Shown here: one piece after another, positions 39,005 to 48,664 of the stretch | Layout of the letters: each line of letters opens with the position of its first letter | How positions within the stretch are numbered: position 1 is the stretch's first letter | From: an uncultured Nitrospiraceae bacterium | GTDB lineage: Bacteria > Nitrospirota > Nitrospiria > Nitrospirales > Nitrospiraceae | DNA: 64,000 nucleotides | Reading direction: 5' to 3' | Assembly: GCA_963846575.1 (NCBI GenBank) | Contig: CAWJWJ010000002.1 | Coordinates: forward strand, 352,001 to 416,000 | Notes under the pieces: generated by a model | Told to the model about the DNA's origin: nothing | The model's input: the letters and a program-made list of their open reading frames with translations, nothing else | The model's database searches: none | Position numbers and translations under genes: made by a program

Positions 39005-39194
39005 AGGTCAAACGTAGAAGGTTGACGACGGTCGTTGTGAAGGTGTGGAGCCTAGGCGTATCTGAATGCCCGGACAAGCATAACACAGGATAGAGCAGCG
39101 TCGCGCCCACGGGCGCGTCGAGAAACGTACCCTGCGTTCGACATCCCGAGCGTGTCCCCGAGTGAGGCCTCGATTCTGGCCGTCACCGGATCTG

Positions 39195-40196
39195 TTAACC
39201 GCCCCGCGGGAGTGTCTCTGGGGAATGAGACGAGAGGACTTCCCCGATTGAGCGGAAGGAAAGCCCCAATCCTCGACAGACCTCCACCTGCCGGTCGAAG
39301 CGATTGGTGGTGCGGATCATTCTTCCCAGCGCCCGCAGTCCGACCCGCCCCCAGGCTGCGAGATGGAATACCGACAGCGGGTAGTCGGTCCCGAACAGCA
39401 GCCGGTCCTGGAGGTCCGGGTGATGTCTGAGATGCAGCAACATGCCCAGGCGGTTGGGCAACGTGAGTGCGGAAATGTCGGCGTAGAAATTTGGATACTG
39501 CTGTGCCAGGTCTCGAAAGGTCGGCAGGAACTTCTCGTAGAGAATCAGGCCATAGCTGCAGGCATGGGCGGCAATGACGGTTGCGCCTTCATCGAGGGCG
39601 GTACGGAGCCGGTCGGGCTCGCCGACGGACTGGTCCTTTCCGATGAGACTGAATTCATAGCCGACATGACTCAACAACGGCAGCTTCCGCTCTGCCAGGG
39701 CGCGATAAAACGGTCTGTATCGCAAATCGGCCGGATTGAACTGCTGCGCATTGGGCAGAACTTTTATGAGAACGGCACCGGCGTCGGCGCAACGATGGAC
39801 CTCATCGATCGCATCGGCCCGCTGCGGATTGATCGAAGGACCGGGCAGAAACAGGTCCGGATAGGCCCGGACGGTCTTCAAGACATAGTCGTTGCTGATG
39901 AGAAACTCCGTATGGGCACGATTCAGCAGGCCGGTCCGGTCGTAGAATCCGTCCATGCCGAGGAGGACGGCTTTCTGCACATGGCGCGAGGCCCGAAGCT
40001 CCGTGACGAGATGTTCGAGATATTTGCGATTGGCTTCGCGGGGATGAGCCGGTGAGAGGTCTTGTTTCCATAACAGAAACCGGAATAACGGACTCTTGAG
40101 CAGTTTCGGCGAGATGAAACAGCCATTGTCGCCATCCGGCAGAGCCGCCAGGTGCACATGACAGTCGATCAACGACTTGTTGTCTGCTGCGCTCAT
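39195..40196 (-). CDS. Amidohydrolase_2-family protein
   Basis: IDCHVH, SINP, LLSHVG, IAAHA, YADISAL, LFGTDYP. Confidence 0.85.
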   Translation of the reverse strand: MSAADNKSLIDCHVHLAALPDGDNGCFISPKLLKSPLFRFLLWKQDLSPAHPREANRKYLEHLVTELRASRHVQKAVLLGMDGFYDRTGLLNRAHTEFLISNDYVLKTVRAYPDLFLPGPSINPQRADAIDEVHRCADAGAVLIKVLPNAQQFNPADLRYRPFYRALAERKLPLLSHVGYEFSLIGKDQSVGEPDRLRTALDEGATVIAAHACSYGLILYEKFLPTFRDLAQQYPNFYADISALTLPNRLGMLLHLRHHPDLQDRLLFGTDYPLSVFHLAAWGRVGLRALGRMIRTTNRFDRQVEVCRGLGLSFRSIGEVLSSHSPETLPRGG

Positions 40197-40215
40197 TGCT
40201 GTGAAGCAAGGCCGG

Positions 40216-43200
40216 TCACGATCCCGGCTCTCCCAATCGTTCCGTGGCGATGCGTTTGAGAGCCCTGAGGTCCAGCTTGCCCGTCCCCAGCACCGGTAAT
40301 GCATCGACCTTGATGAAGTGGCTGCGGGACGGCATGAACAGATTCGGCAGCCCGCTTGCCGCGACTTTGGTGATGATTTGCGCGATCCGTTGTTCATCGA
40401 GCGTGTGGAGCACCGCAAGCTGCTCACCCCGGCGATCGTCAGGCACCCCGGTGACGGCACAGATTTGCAGCTCCTCCCCCGACGCCTGTTGAAAGGCCTC
40501 CTCCACCTGACGATGGGGCACCATTTCTCCCCCGATCTTGGAGAAACGCGACAGGCGGTCCGTAATGGTCAGAAAGCCGTCATCGTCGAGGGTGGCGATA
40601 TCACCGGTAATGTACCAACCGTCGCGCATGGCCTGCGCCGTCAGGTCTTCGCGCCCCAGATATCCGATCATCACGTTCGGTCCCTGGACAAGCAACATTC
40701 CGGCTGTGCCTGGTGGCAGCCCAACGAAGGTCTCCGGGTCGACGATGCGGACGGAGACGCCCGGCAGCGGCCTGCCGACGGTCCCCCGACGAGAGGCAGG
40801 TTGAAAAAATCCGGCCGCCCGGAAGTCAGGGCAGTTCACGGCTATGACCGGCGCGCATTCCGTGACCCCATACCCTTCGATCGGGACGATGCCGAAGCGG
40901 TCTTCGAACGACTGGCAGAGACGGAGGGGTAGTTTTTCCGCTCCCGTGAGGACCACCCGCAAGGAGCTGAACTGCTCCGGAGTGCAGCGTCGCTGGTAAA
41001 GTTGCAGAAACGTCGGGGTACAGACCAGGAAGGTGAGGCGATGCCGGGCGCAGAGTTCACCGATCGCCGTCACGTCGAGGGGCGAGGGATGAAACACAAT
41101 GGCGGCGCCATTGAGCGTCACGTACCAAAACACGAGATTCCCGAACGAATGGAACAGCGGGAGGATTCCGAGAATCCGATCCTTCGCATCCAGGGGGAGG
41201 ACTTGCGATACGGCTTGCACGTTCGCATCGATATTGAAATGCGAGAGCATCACGCCCTTCGGCTCACCGGTGCTGCCGCTGCTGAAAATGACGGTGGCGA
41301 GATGATCCATCGTGACGCGGGTCTGTTGTCCGCAGGCGGATTCCAGGAGCCGAACCGGAGCCAGGATGGCCAACGCGGCCGCCGCAGCTTTCTGTGAGCC
41401 GCCGATGGTATGGGCAATGTCCTCCAGCCACAGAATGGTCGGACCGTCCGGGAGATCGAGCTTGGCCTTCTCCACGAACTTCCGGCTGGTGACGATGGTG
41501 CGAAGCTTCGCCTGTCTGACGGCCGACTCGAGGCCCTGTTTGCCGACGGTGTAGTTGAGATTCACGGTCGTGTGTCCGGCCAGGGTGGCGGCGACGTTCG
41601 TCAAGGCTCCTGCGACAGTCGGTGGCAGGAGGAGGCCCACACATTCCTGCTCCCGCCAGTGAGTCTTCAGCGCCCGGGCGAGGGCGATGGCGCCGATGAG
41701 GGCCTGCAGGCAGGTGACATGCGGTCTCGTCACGTCGGCCATCACCAGACGGAACGGATGACGACGCATGGATGTGACGAAGGCCCTGTGCAGGGGGCGT
41801 CGATCTGGTTTTCGTAGTTCCCAGGCCGCCTCGCCAAGTCCCAACACGAGCCGGCGGAGCTCGTGCGCGGGGGTGGTCGAGGGAACGGGTGAACCAAACG
41901 AGACGGTGACAGGATAGGGAATGCGTTCCGGCCACTTCGTCAGGAACCGGCCGCCGACAAAACTGAAGATGCTTCCCCAGACGCGGTCCAGATGAACCGG
42001 AACGATAGGGACGTCGCGGCCTTTTACGATCCGCTCGAATCCGCGACGGAACGGTAGCAGATTGCCGGTGCGGGTGATTTGGCCTTCGGGAAAGATGCAG
42101 ACGAGGTCTCCCGCGTCGAGGGCGTCGCCCGCCTGGCGCAAGGCCTTCAATATGACGCGGGGGCCGAGGGACGACGAGATGGGGATGACGTGCAGAACCT
42201 CCATGAATGGTTTGAACAGAGGATGGTTGACGTATTCCGCGTCGACGACGAACCGGATGGGGCGGTCCAGACTGGCGATCAGAAGAAATCCGTCGATGAA
42301 GGAAATGTGATTCGGGACCAACAGGGCGCCGCCGGTCACCGGCACATGTTCGTGCCCGACGATGCGGAGCCGATAGAGGGTATTGGTCAACAGGACGAGC
42401 ATCAACCGGAGAAAGGTTTCGGGCATGAGCCACATCGCCCATGCGGTACCGAGCGTCGTGGCCAACGCAGTGGCGAGGAAAATGCCGACGGTCGAGAGGC
42501 CGACATTGGCCAGGAGGCCCCCGCTCAGCGAGCCCAGCAGAATGCCGGTGAACACACAAATGTTCTCGAGGGCGATGACCGAACCTCGTCGATCGTGAGG
42601 GGCGCGCCACTGGATCAAGGCATTGATCGGAATGAAGATGAGCGCGCTCGACATGCCCAAGGCGATCATCAACGCCAGGGTGCCGCTGAACGGCGGGACC
42701 CACCAGCCGAGAATCAAGAGGAACAGGGCGACCCCGGACGCGCCGAGCGGGACCAACCCGTATTCCACGTGCGATCGGGAGAGGCGACCCACGATAAGGG
42801 CACCCAGGCCGATGCCCACGGAGATCATGGCCGAGGGCACGGTCGCCAGCGCATCCGAGAGGCCGAGCACGGCCTTCGCATAGACCAGCACGTTCTGCAC
42901 GACCAGGCTGGCGATGGTCCAGAAAAAGACCGCCCCGGTGATGGCGAGACGTAGCAGGCGATCGGCACGCAAGGCGGACAGGGCTCCGCGCAAGGTGTCG
43001 AAGAGGCCGCCGCTCGCCCGTGCGGCGGGAACCGTCGGCACCGCCAAGGCCGCCGCTAATCCGACCACTGTCAGGCCGGTTAATATGAGCGGCGCCAGCC
43101 AGGGCATGTCTCCCGCTCCGGCCAATAAAAATCCGCCGGCCGTCGTGCCAGTGAGAATCGCGAGGAACGTGAACAGTTCCAGAACACTGTTGCCCTGCGC

Positions 43201-43656
43201 GAGCTGTTCGTGCCGCAGCAGTTCCGGAAGGATCCCGTATTTGGCAGGGCTGAAAATGGCGCTCTGAATGCCCATACCGGCAAGCACGACCAAACCCCAG
43301 AGGCCACCCGTGGGATCGGCCAGGAGCGCGAGGGTTGCGCCGGCCATGAGCAGCACTTCCACACCTTTCATGGCGATGATGACCGTGCGTTTGCTGAGGC
43401 GGTCGGCAAAGAAGCCGGCGACGAATGAAGTCAGGACCAACGGCAGGGTGAAGACGACCATCGCAAGAGTGGTTTGAGACTGCGAGGCGGTTTCGAGATC
43501 CTGCCCAGGCGAAAGGGTCGCCGTCGCCACCCTGATCCCCAGGAGTGCCACAATGAATTTCCAGGCGTTGTCGTTAAACGCGCCGCAGAACTGCGCAATC
43601 AAGAGCCCGCGCAGGGGAAGGCGAGGTGGCGGGGTGACGTCGGGCTGCGGCTCGAT
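40216..43656 (-). CDS. aas: Aas-type fusion: LplT-like MFS + acyltransferase + acyl-ACP/AMP ligase
   Basis: AQFCGAFNDN..FSPAKYG (MFS); NHISFID..FPEG (acyltransferase); FSSGSTGEPKG, EGYGVTE, TGD (AMP-binding); start uncertain. Confidence 0.88.
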   Translation of the reverse strand: MEPQPDVTPPPRLPLRGLLIAQFCGAFNDNAWKFIVALLGIRVATATLSPGQDLETASQSQTTLAMVVFTLPLVLTSFVAGFFADRLSKRTVIIAMKGVEVLLMAGATLALLADPTGGLWGLVVLAGMGIQSAIFSPAKYGILPELLRHEQLAQGNSVLELFTFLAILTGTTAGGFLLAGAGDMPWLAPLILTGLTVVGLAAALAVPTVPAARASGGLFDTLRGALSALRADRLLRLAITGAVFFWTIASLVVQNVLVYAKAVLGLSDALATVPSAMISVGIGLGALIVGRLSRSHVEYGLVPLGASGVALFLLILGWWVPPFSGTLALMIALGMSSALIFIPINALIQWRAPHDRRGSVIALENICVFTGILLGSLSGGLLANVGLSTVGIFLATALATTLGTAWAMWLMPETFLRLMLVLLTNTLYRLRIVGHEHVPVTGGALLVPNHISFIDGFLLIASLDRPIRFVVDAEYVNHPLFKPFMEVLHVIPISSSLGPRVILKALRQAGDALDAGDLVCIFPEGQITRTGNLLPFRRGFERIVKGRDVPIVPVHLDRVWGSIFSFVGGRFLTKWPERIPYPVTVSFGSPVPSTTPAHELRRLVLGLGEAAWELRKPDRRPLHRAFVTSMRRHPFRLVMADVTRPHVTCLQALIGAIALARALKTHWREQECVGLLLPPTVAGALTNVAATLAGHTTVNLNYTVGKQGLESAVRQAKLRTIVTSRKFVEKAKLDLPDGPTILWLEDIAHTIGGSQKAAAAALAILAPVRLLESACGQQTRVTMDHLATVIFSSGSTGEPKGVMLSHFNIDANVQAVSQVLPLDAKDRILGILPLFHSFGNLVFWYVTLNGAAIVFHPSPLDVTAIGELCARHRLTFLVCTPTFLQLYQRRCTPEQFSSLRVVLTGAEKLPLRLCQSFEDRFGIVPIEGYGVTECAPVIAVNCPDFRAAGFFQPASRRGTVGRPLPGVSVRIVDPETFVGLPPGTAGMLLVQGPNVMIGYLGREDLTAQAMRDGWYITGDIATLDDDGFLTITDRLSRFSKIGGEMVPHRQVEEAFQQASGEELQICAVTGVPDDRRGEQLAVLHTLDEQRIAQIITKVAASGLPNLFMPSRSHFIKVDALPVLGTGKLDLRALKRIATERLGEPGS

Positions 43657-43738
43657 GGGAGGCTCCTTCAAGTGATTGTACCGGTGCTCGGGAGCATGAC
43701 ATCTCAGTCTGCCGAAACAGCGGGCACGATGCAATCCA

Positions 43739-45622
43739 TTATCGCGGCGGCGTCGAGGACGGGATTTCTATGGGCAACCCTTCCAGCGCCATAATCCGCA
43801 GGGCGTTGGTCGTGGGGCAGGGCCCAGGTCTCAGCCGGTAGTCGAAATGCAGCGCGCCTTCGGACACGGTTTCCTGAAAGTGCACGTTCGTCACGGTGGG
43901 GAGCTGGCGCTCCAGTTCCGCCAGTTCCAAGTCGTGGGTCGTGACCAGACCGAAGCCGTTTCCTCCCGCGAGGCTGGCGATGAGGGCGCGGCCTCCGATA
44001 AGACGTTCGCGGTTGTTGGTCCCCTTGAAGACTTCGTCGATCAGCCACAGCACCGGAGGCCCCTGTGCTTCCCGCGTGCGGTCCAAAATGGTCTTGAGCC
44101 GTTTGACCTCAGCGTAAAAAAACGAAAGCCCGCCGTCGAGAGAATCGTCCACGCGAATGCAGCTGCCGATTTGGACGTGTGACCAACGAAACGATCTGGC
44201 GCAGACCGGGCCTCCGGCTTGCGCCAGGCAGACACTGATGCCGATGGTTCTGAGAAAGGTGCTCTTGCCAGACATGTTGGAGCCGGTCACGAGAAAAATG
44301 CGTCCTCGCCCCTGGAGCAGAATGTCGTTACCTACGCGGACGGTGGCGGGAATCAGCGGATGAGCCAACTCCCGGGCGTCAAGAATCGGCCGATCGCCGT
44401 TGGACTGCGCCGTGCTGTCTGGTTGGTACAGGGAGGGCCACACATAGTCGGGATGCAGATAGGCGAAGGTTGCCAGGGAAGCTGCGGCATCCAATTCGGC
44501 GAGCGTTTCAAACCATTGCGGAGCAACGGCGGTGATCCGGTCTTGGAGTTGCTGCAAGCGGTAGGTGTGCAGGAGATCCCAAGGACCGATACCATTGATC
44601 AGGTAATGCACCAACGGATGGGCTCGCACGCTGAGCCGATTCATGATGGAGGCCGCCTGCTTGAGGGAGGTGGAAGGTCTGCTCCGCTGTTGCAGCAGCG
44701 GTTCACACAGTTCGGCCAATCGGGGGGATGTGCGGTAGGACCGCCGTTCCAGATAGCCGAGGACTGCGCTGAGCCGGTCCAGTTGGCGGTGCAGAGACTG
44801 CGCATGGTCGAAAATTTCCTCTGACCGGCTGCGGACTGAGAGAAACAGGAAGGCATAGAGTCCGAACGAGAGCATCCAGTAGTTCCCGATTCCACTGAGG
44901 AGATCGGCAAGGAGGAGCCCCGCGGTGAGAATCGCAAGCCCGGTTTCCGTGACGAGCATGGGCATGAGGCTGCCGGTATCCACCCGCTTCTGGAGCAGCG
45001 CGAGCAACCGGCGACCGTCGATGTCGGCGTCTTCGACCGCCTGGGCTTCCAGAGACAACCGGTCACGGAGCAGCGAGAGGGGAGCCAGTTCCCGGATCAG
45101 CGTCTGCCGTGCGGCCCACCGGGCGGCCTGCGGCGGTTGATCAAACAGCCAGGCGGTCAGACGTTCCTGGCCTTGCGATGAAATGGTGTGATCGATCAGG
45201 TGCAGCAGTGAACGCGGGCCTGCCAGGTCGAGGTCTATGGCATAACCATGCCGTTCCGGCATGGCAACCTGGCGGAGGGGGATCTCCGACCAATTCAATC
45301 GTATGCGTGCGATGTGCGCCTGTTTGATGCGCTGCCAGCGGTGGAGTCGATGCAACCGGTCTTCCAGTTTGTTATGATGCCAGGCCAGGATCAGGAACAC
45401 GAGGAAGAAGGTTGCGAGCGCGCCGTTGCCGAGCTGAGTCCACCCCAGTTTGTGGATGACAATGGATGCCACCAAGCCTGCGGCAAAGGTCGCCAACCGC
45501 CACGTGGTGAACCGTTCGCTGATGCGACGGCCCCTTGCCTCGAGGACGCCGAGGCGGCGTAATTGCCGCACGAGACCGCGTTCTCTGGCTGGTGCACCCT
45601 GCGACTGCGTACTCGGCAACAT
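43739..45622 (-). CDS. Membrane-anchored MutS-related ATPase (MutS domain V, no mismatch-binding domain)
   Basis: N-terminal TMs; HP, TGSNMSGKST, SFFYAE, IDEVFKGTN, TTHD. Confidence 0.85.
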   Translation of the reverse strand: MLPSTQSQGAPARERGLVRQLRRLGVLEARGRRISERFTTWRLATFAAGLVASIVIHKLGWTQLGNGALATFFLVFLILAWHHNKLEDRLHRLHRWQRIKQAHIARIRLNWSEIPLRQVAMPERHGYAIDLDLAGPRSLLHLIDHTISSQGQERLTAWLFDQPPQAARWAARQTLIRELAPLSLLRDRLSLEAQAVEDADIDGRRLLALLQKRVDTGSLMPMLVTETGLAILTAGLLLADLLSGIGNYWMLSFGLYAFLFLSVRSRSEEIFDHAQSLHRQLDRLSAVLGYLERRSYRTSPRLAELCEPLLQQRSRPSTSLKQAASIMNRLSVRAHPLVHYLINGIGPWDLLHTYRLQQLQDRITAVAPQWFETLAELDAAASLATFAYLHPDYVWPSLYQPDSTAQSNGDRPILDARELAHPLIPATVRVGNDILLQGRGRIFLVTGSNMSGKSTFLRTIGISVCLAQAGGPVCARSFRWSHVQIGSCIRVDDSLDGGLSFFYAEVKRLKTILDRTREAQGPPVLWLIDEVFKGTNNRERLIGGRALIASLAGGNGFGLVTTHDLELAELERQLPTVTNVHFQETVSEGALHFDYRLRPGPCPTTNALRIMALEGLPIEIPSSTPPR

Positions 45623-45651
45623 CGTACTGCTGACGATAACGATAGTCTGAG

Positions 45652-46587
45652 ATGGCGTCAACCACCAAGACAACTGGCCCCGCCATGGACGGTAGTCCTT
45701 CGCAGCCTTCAGGCGACTGGATCCAGGTCGACGTGCAGACCTCGCTCGATGCCGGGGAACTTCTTGGCCTGCTGGACGATCCGGCTGTGACGGGCGCCTG
45801 GCAGGAATACGACTGTATCCACCTCTACTGGCCAACAGGCCGTTGCGGGCCGGATACCTGGCAGGCCCTTCGACGGGCCCTGACCCAACTTGGTCATTCC
45901 GATCCCGACGGTGCCATCACGATCAATGACCTGGCAAACCAGGATTGGAATGCCCAATGGTCGCGTCTGGTCGAGCCGATCCGAATCGGCCGCGTGGTCA
46001 TCAGGCCGAGTTGGAAAGCCCTGACGCTGCAGCCCGATGAGATTGAATTGATTTTAGATCCCAAGCAGGCTTTCGGTACGGGCCATCATGCGACGACGCA
46101 ACTGTTGATCGAATGGCTGCAGGAGGTGGTGACCCCGAACGACCTGGTGCTCGACGTGGGAACCGGAAGCGGGGTGCTGGCGATGGTGGCGTTGCGGCTT
46201 GGGGCTGCGGAGGCTACGGGAGTGGACAGTGATCCGGTCGCCATCGACTGTGCGAGAGACTATGCGCAGGTGAACGGGTTCGATCGCAGGCTGACGTTTT
46301 CGGTGGGGCATGCTCAAATGCAGCAGGCCCACGATTCATCGGTCCCCTCACTCGTTGTCGCCAATTTAGATCGACAGACACTGCTGGATTCCGCCGAGAC
46401 GCTCTGCCGTTATGCGGCCGGCGGCGCGCGGTTATTGCTGTCCGGTCTGTTGATCGATCAGCGCGCGGAGATCGAAGCCGCCTATGCGTCCCGGGGAGTC
46501 TACGTGAAACGAGTGCGGGTTCGCGAGGGATGGGGTGCCCTGGAGGCGGTCGGCATGGAGTCCTGCGAGGGAGGGCTCTGTTCCTGA
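45652..46587 (+). CDS. prmA: Ribosomal protein L11 methyltransferase
   Basis: QDW..W, IRPSW, LDPKQAFGTGHHATT, VLDVGTGSGVL, VVANL, LSGL. Confidence 0.88.
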   Translation: MASTTKTTGPAMDGSPSQPSGDWIQVDVQTSLDAGELLGLLDDPAVTGAWQEYDCIHLYWPTGRCGPDTWQALRRALTQLGHSDPDGAITINDLANQDWNAQWSRLVEPIRIGRVVIRPSWKALTLQPDEIELILDPKQAFGTGHHATTQLLIEWLQEVVTPNDLVLDVGTGSGVLAMVALRLGAAEATGVDSDPVAIDCARDYAQVNGFDRRLTFSVGHAQMQQAHDSSVPSLVVANLDRQTLLDSAETLCRYAAGGARLLLSGLLIDQRAEIEAAYASRGVYVKRVRVREGWGALEAVGMESCEGGLCS

Positions 46588-47090
46588 TGGGCGCCACGAA
46601 GCCGCGGGCCGGTGCCCACGTGCACCAGGTGAGTGTCTCCGATGGCGGGGTGCCGAAGCGTGCGGTGCCGGAGGCGCGGGTGACGGTCGCAGGGTTGAGC
46701 GGGGATCGCCAACGCAACCGAACGTTCCATGGCGGACCGGATCGAGCCGTCTGTCTGTATTCTCTGGAGGCGATCGAGGCGCTGCGGGCGGAGGGCCATA
46801 CGATGAGTCCCGGTGCCGCCGGTGAGAACCTCACGATCACCGGACTCGAGTGGGCGAACCTTCAGCCTGGCGATCGCCTCGGCATTGGCCTCCATGTGCA
46901 GCTGGAAATCATGAGTTACACAGCCCCCTGCCGATTAAACGGACAGTGGTTCAAGGATGGAAACTCCAAGCGGATCGCGCAGGAGCTCCATCCCGGATGG
47001 AGTCGCCTCTATGCGCGAGTGCTCGCCGAAGGTGCCGTTCGTCCGGGTGATCAGGTCATATTGAACGACTCGCCCCGGGGAGAAGGATAG
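46587..47090 (+). CDS. MOSC-domain protein (YiiM-like)
   Basis: GGVPK, GL.GD, HGGPDRAV, GENLT, PC, RLYARVL..G.VRPGD; TGATG coupling to prmA. Confidence 0.88.
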   Translation: MGATKPRAGAHVHQVSVSDGGVPKRAVPEARVTVAGLSGDRQRNRTFHGGPDRAVCLYSLEAIEALRAEGHTMSPGAAGENLTITGLEWANLQPGDRLGIGLHVQLEIMSYTAPCRLNGQWFKDGNSKRIAQELHPGWSRLYARVLAEGAVRPGDQVILNDSPRGEG

Positions 47091-47093
47091 AGC

Positions 47094-47753
47094 GTGAAGC
47101 GGATACTTGAGCGGGAAGTGATGGATGATGTCGCGCAGGCCAAAGCCTACGCGCAAGCGGATTTTGCCGATGAAAACCAAGGCTTCGTGGATCGGTTCCG
47201 GGAGTATTTTCCCGATTGGAGCGGGGAGCATGTCGTTGACCTGGGCTGTGGTCCCGGAGATATTCCCATTCGGCTGCTTCGCGCATTCCCCCAGGCGCGA
47301 GTGACCGGCGTGGATGCCAGCCGTCCCATGTTGGATCTGGCGACAGAAGCCATCGGCAAAGCCGGACTGACGGACCGGATCACGTTGTGCTGTGACAGGT
47401 TTCAATCGTTGGTCTTGCCTGAGCAGGCCGATGCCCTCCTGTCCAATAGTCTGTTGCACCATGTGCCGAATCCGCTGCAGTTCTGGTTCCACCTGAAGCA
47501 ATGGGCCAAGCCGGGGGCGGCTATCCTTGTGATGGATTTATTGCGGCCGGAAAGTCCCGAGGACGCCCGATCCTTGGTGGAGCAGTATGCTTCCGGAGAG
47601 GATCCGATCCTACAGCGGGATTTCTACAACTCCTTGCTGGCGGCGTTCACGGAGGACGAAGTCGCGGCGCAGCTCGCCGAAATGAACTTGTCCCGGCTCC
47701 TGATCGATGTCCCCGACGATCGCCATTGGGTCGTCGGCGGCATCATTCCCTAA
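47094..47753 (+). CDS. Class I SAM-dependent methyltransferase
   Basis: RILE.EVMD, VDLGCGPG, SNSLLHH, DLLRP. Confidence 0.85.
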   Translation: MKRILEREVMDDVAQAKAYAQADFADENQGFVDRFREYFPDWSGEHVVDLGCGPGDIPIRLLRAFPQARVTGVDASRPMLDLATEAIGKAGLTDRITLCCDRFQSLVLPEQADALLSNSLLHHVPNPLQFWFHLKQWAKPGAAILVMDLLRPESPEDARSLVEQYASGEDPILQRDFYNSLLAAFTEDEVAAQLAEMNLSRLLIDVPDDRHWVVGGIIP

Positions 47754-47764
47754 GCGACATCCAT

Positions 47765-48607
47765 ATGTACGGTTTCGTTCCTCTCCTGTTCACCTGCCTC
47801 CTGACCCTGCTGCTCAGCCAGTCCGTCGGGACTGTCTGGGGACAGCTTCAGCAGTTGCGTAATCCGCGATCCGTCCCTGAGGCGCCGGTCCTTCCTGCCG
47901 CTCCTATGGTGGTGATTCCTGAAGGGGGCTTTGCCATGGGAGCCGACGGAACAGCCGCTTTGGAGGACGAACGGCCCCAGCACACCGTTTGGTTGGATCG
48001 CTTCGAGATGGATCGGTATGAGGTGACGACCGGACAATATGCCGAATTTTTGACCATCCTCCACCACCCGCCTCCCTGGCAATGGGAGAACGTGCAACTG
48101 GCACAACATCGCGACCGTCCGGTCGTGGGCGTGAGTTGGTTCGATGCCGACGCCTATTGCCGCTGGCGAGGCAAACAACTTCCGACGGAAGCCCAATGGG
48201 AAAAGGCGGCGCGGGGGACCGACGGGCGACTGTTTCCCTGGGGTAATCAAGCGCCGGCTGAAGGACTCGCGAATTTTGCCCTGGGCGCCAGGTTCGACTA
48301 TAGCCAGGCGCTCATGCCGGTCCAGCATTATGAGGCCGGAGTCAGCCCCTATGGGATCTATCAGATGGCGGGGAATGTCGGAGAATGGGTCGCTGACTGG
48401 TACGGATCGAACTATTATGACACCGGCCCGCACAGAAACCCGCCCGGTCCAGCCGTCGGATCATTCAGAGTCTTGCGTGGCGGGTCCTGGTCGGACCTTC
48501 CGAAATACCTGCTCACCTATGGGCGGTTCAAACTGCCGCCGGGAACTCGTAACAGCTATACGGGGTTTCGTTGTGCCAAAACGGCTGCTCCATCCACTCC
48601 ACCGTGA
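47765..48607 (+). CDS. FGE-sulfatase (SUMF1/EgtB/PvdO) domain protein, exported
   Basis: F.MG, ERPQH.V, EVT..QY, PVVGVSW.DA..YC, LPTEAQWEKAARG, MAGNV.EW, RGGSW, GFRC. Confidence 0.9.
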   Translation: MYGFVPLLFTCLLTLLLSQSVGTVWGQLQQLRNPRSVPEAPVLPAAPMVVIPEGGFAMGADGTAALEDERPQHTVWLDRFEMDRYEVTTGQYAEFLTILHHPPPWQWENVQLAQHRDRPVVGVSWFDADAYCRWRGKQLPTEAQWEKAARGTDGRLFPWGNQAPAEGLANFALGARFDYSQALMPVQHYEAGVSPYGIYQMAGNVGEWVADWYGSNYYDTGPHRNPPGPAVGSFRVLRGGSWSDLPKYLLTYGRFKLPPGTRNSYTGFRCAKTAAPSTPP

Positions 48608-48664
48608 GCCGGGCGCCCCTGCGCACCAGCTCACGGGATGTCGCTCTTGCCGCTGCATCGTCGC

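Noticed and set aside
39090..39190. Possible degenerate REP-like repeat
   Set aside because: No clear second copy in the window and no convincing stem
41264..42703. 479-aa Arg/Pro-rich ORF inside aas (similar long ORFs at 51821-53137 and 27267-28478)
   Set aside because: Alternate-frame or antisense artefacts of high-GC codon bias with no protein motifs
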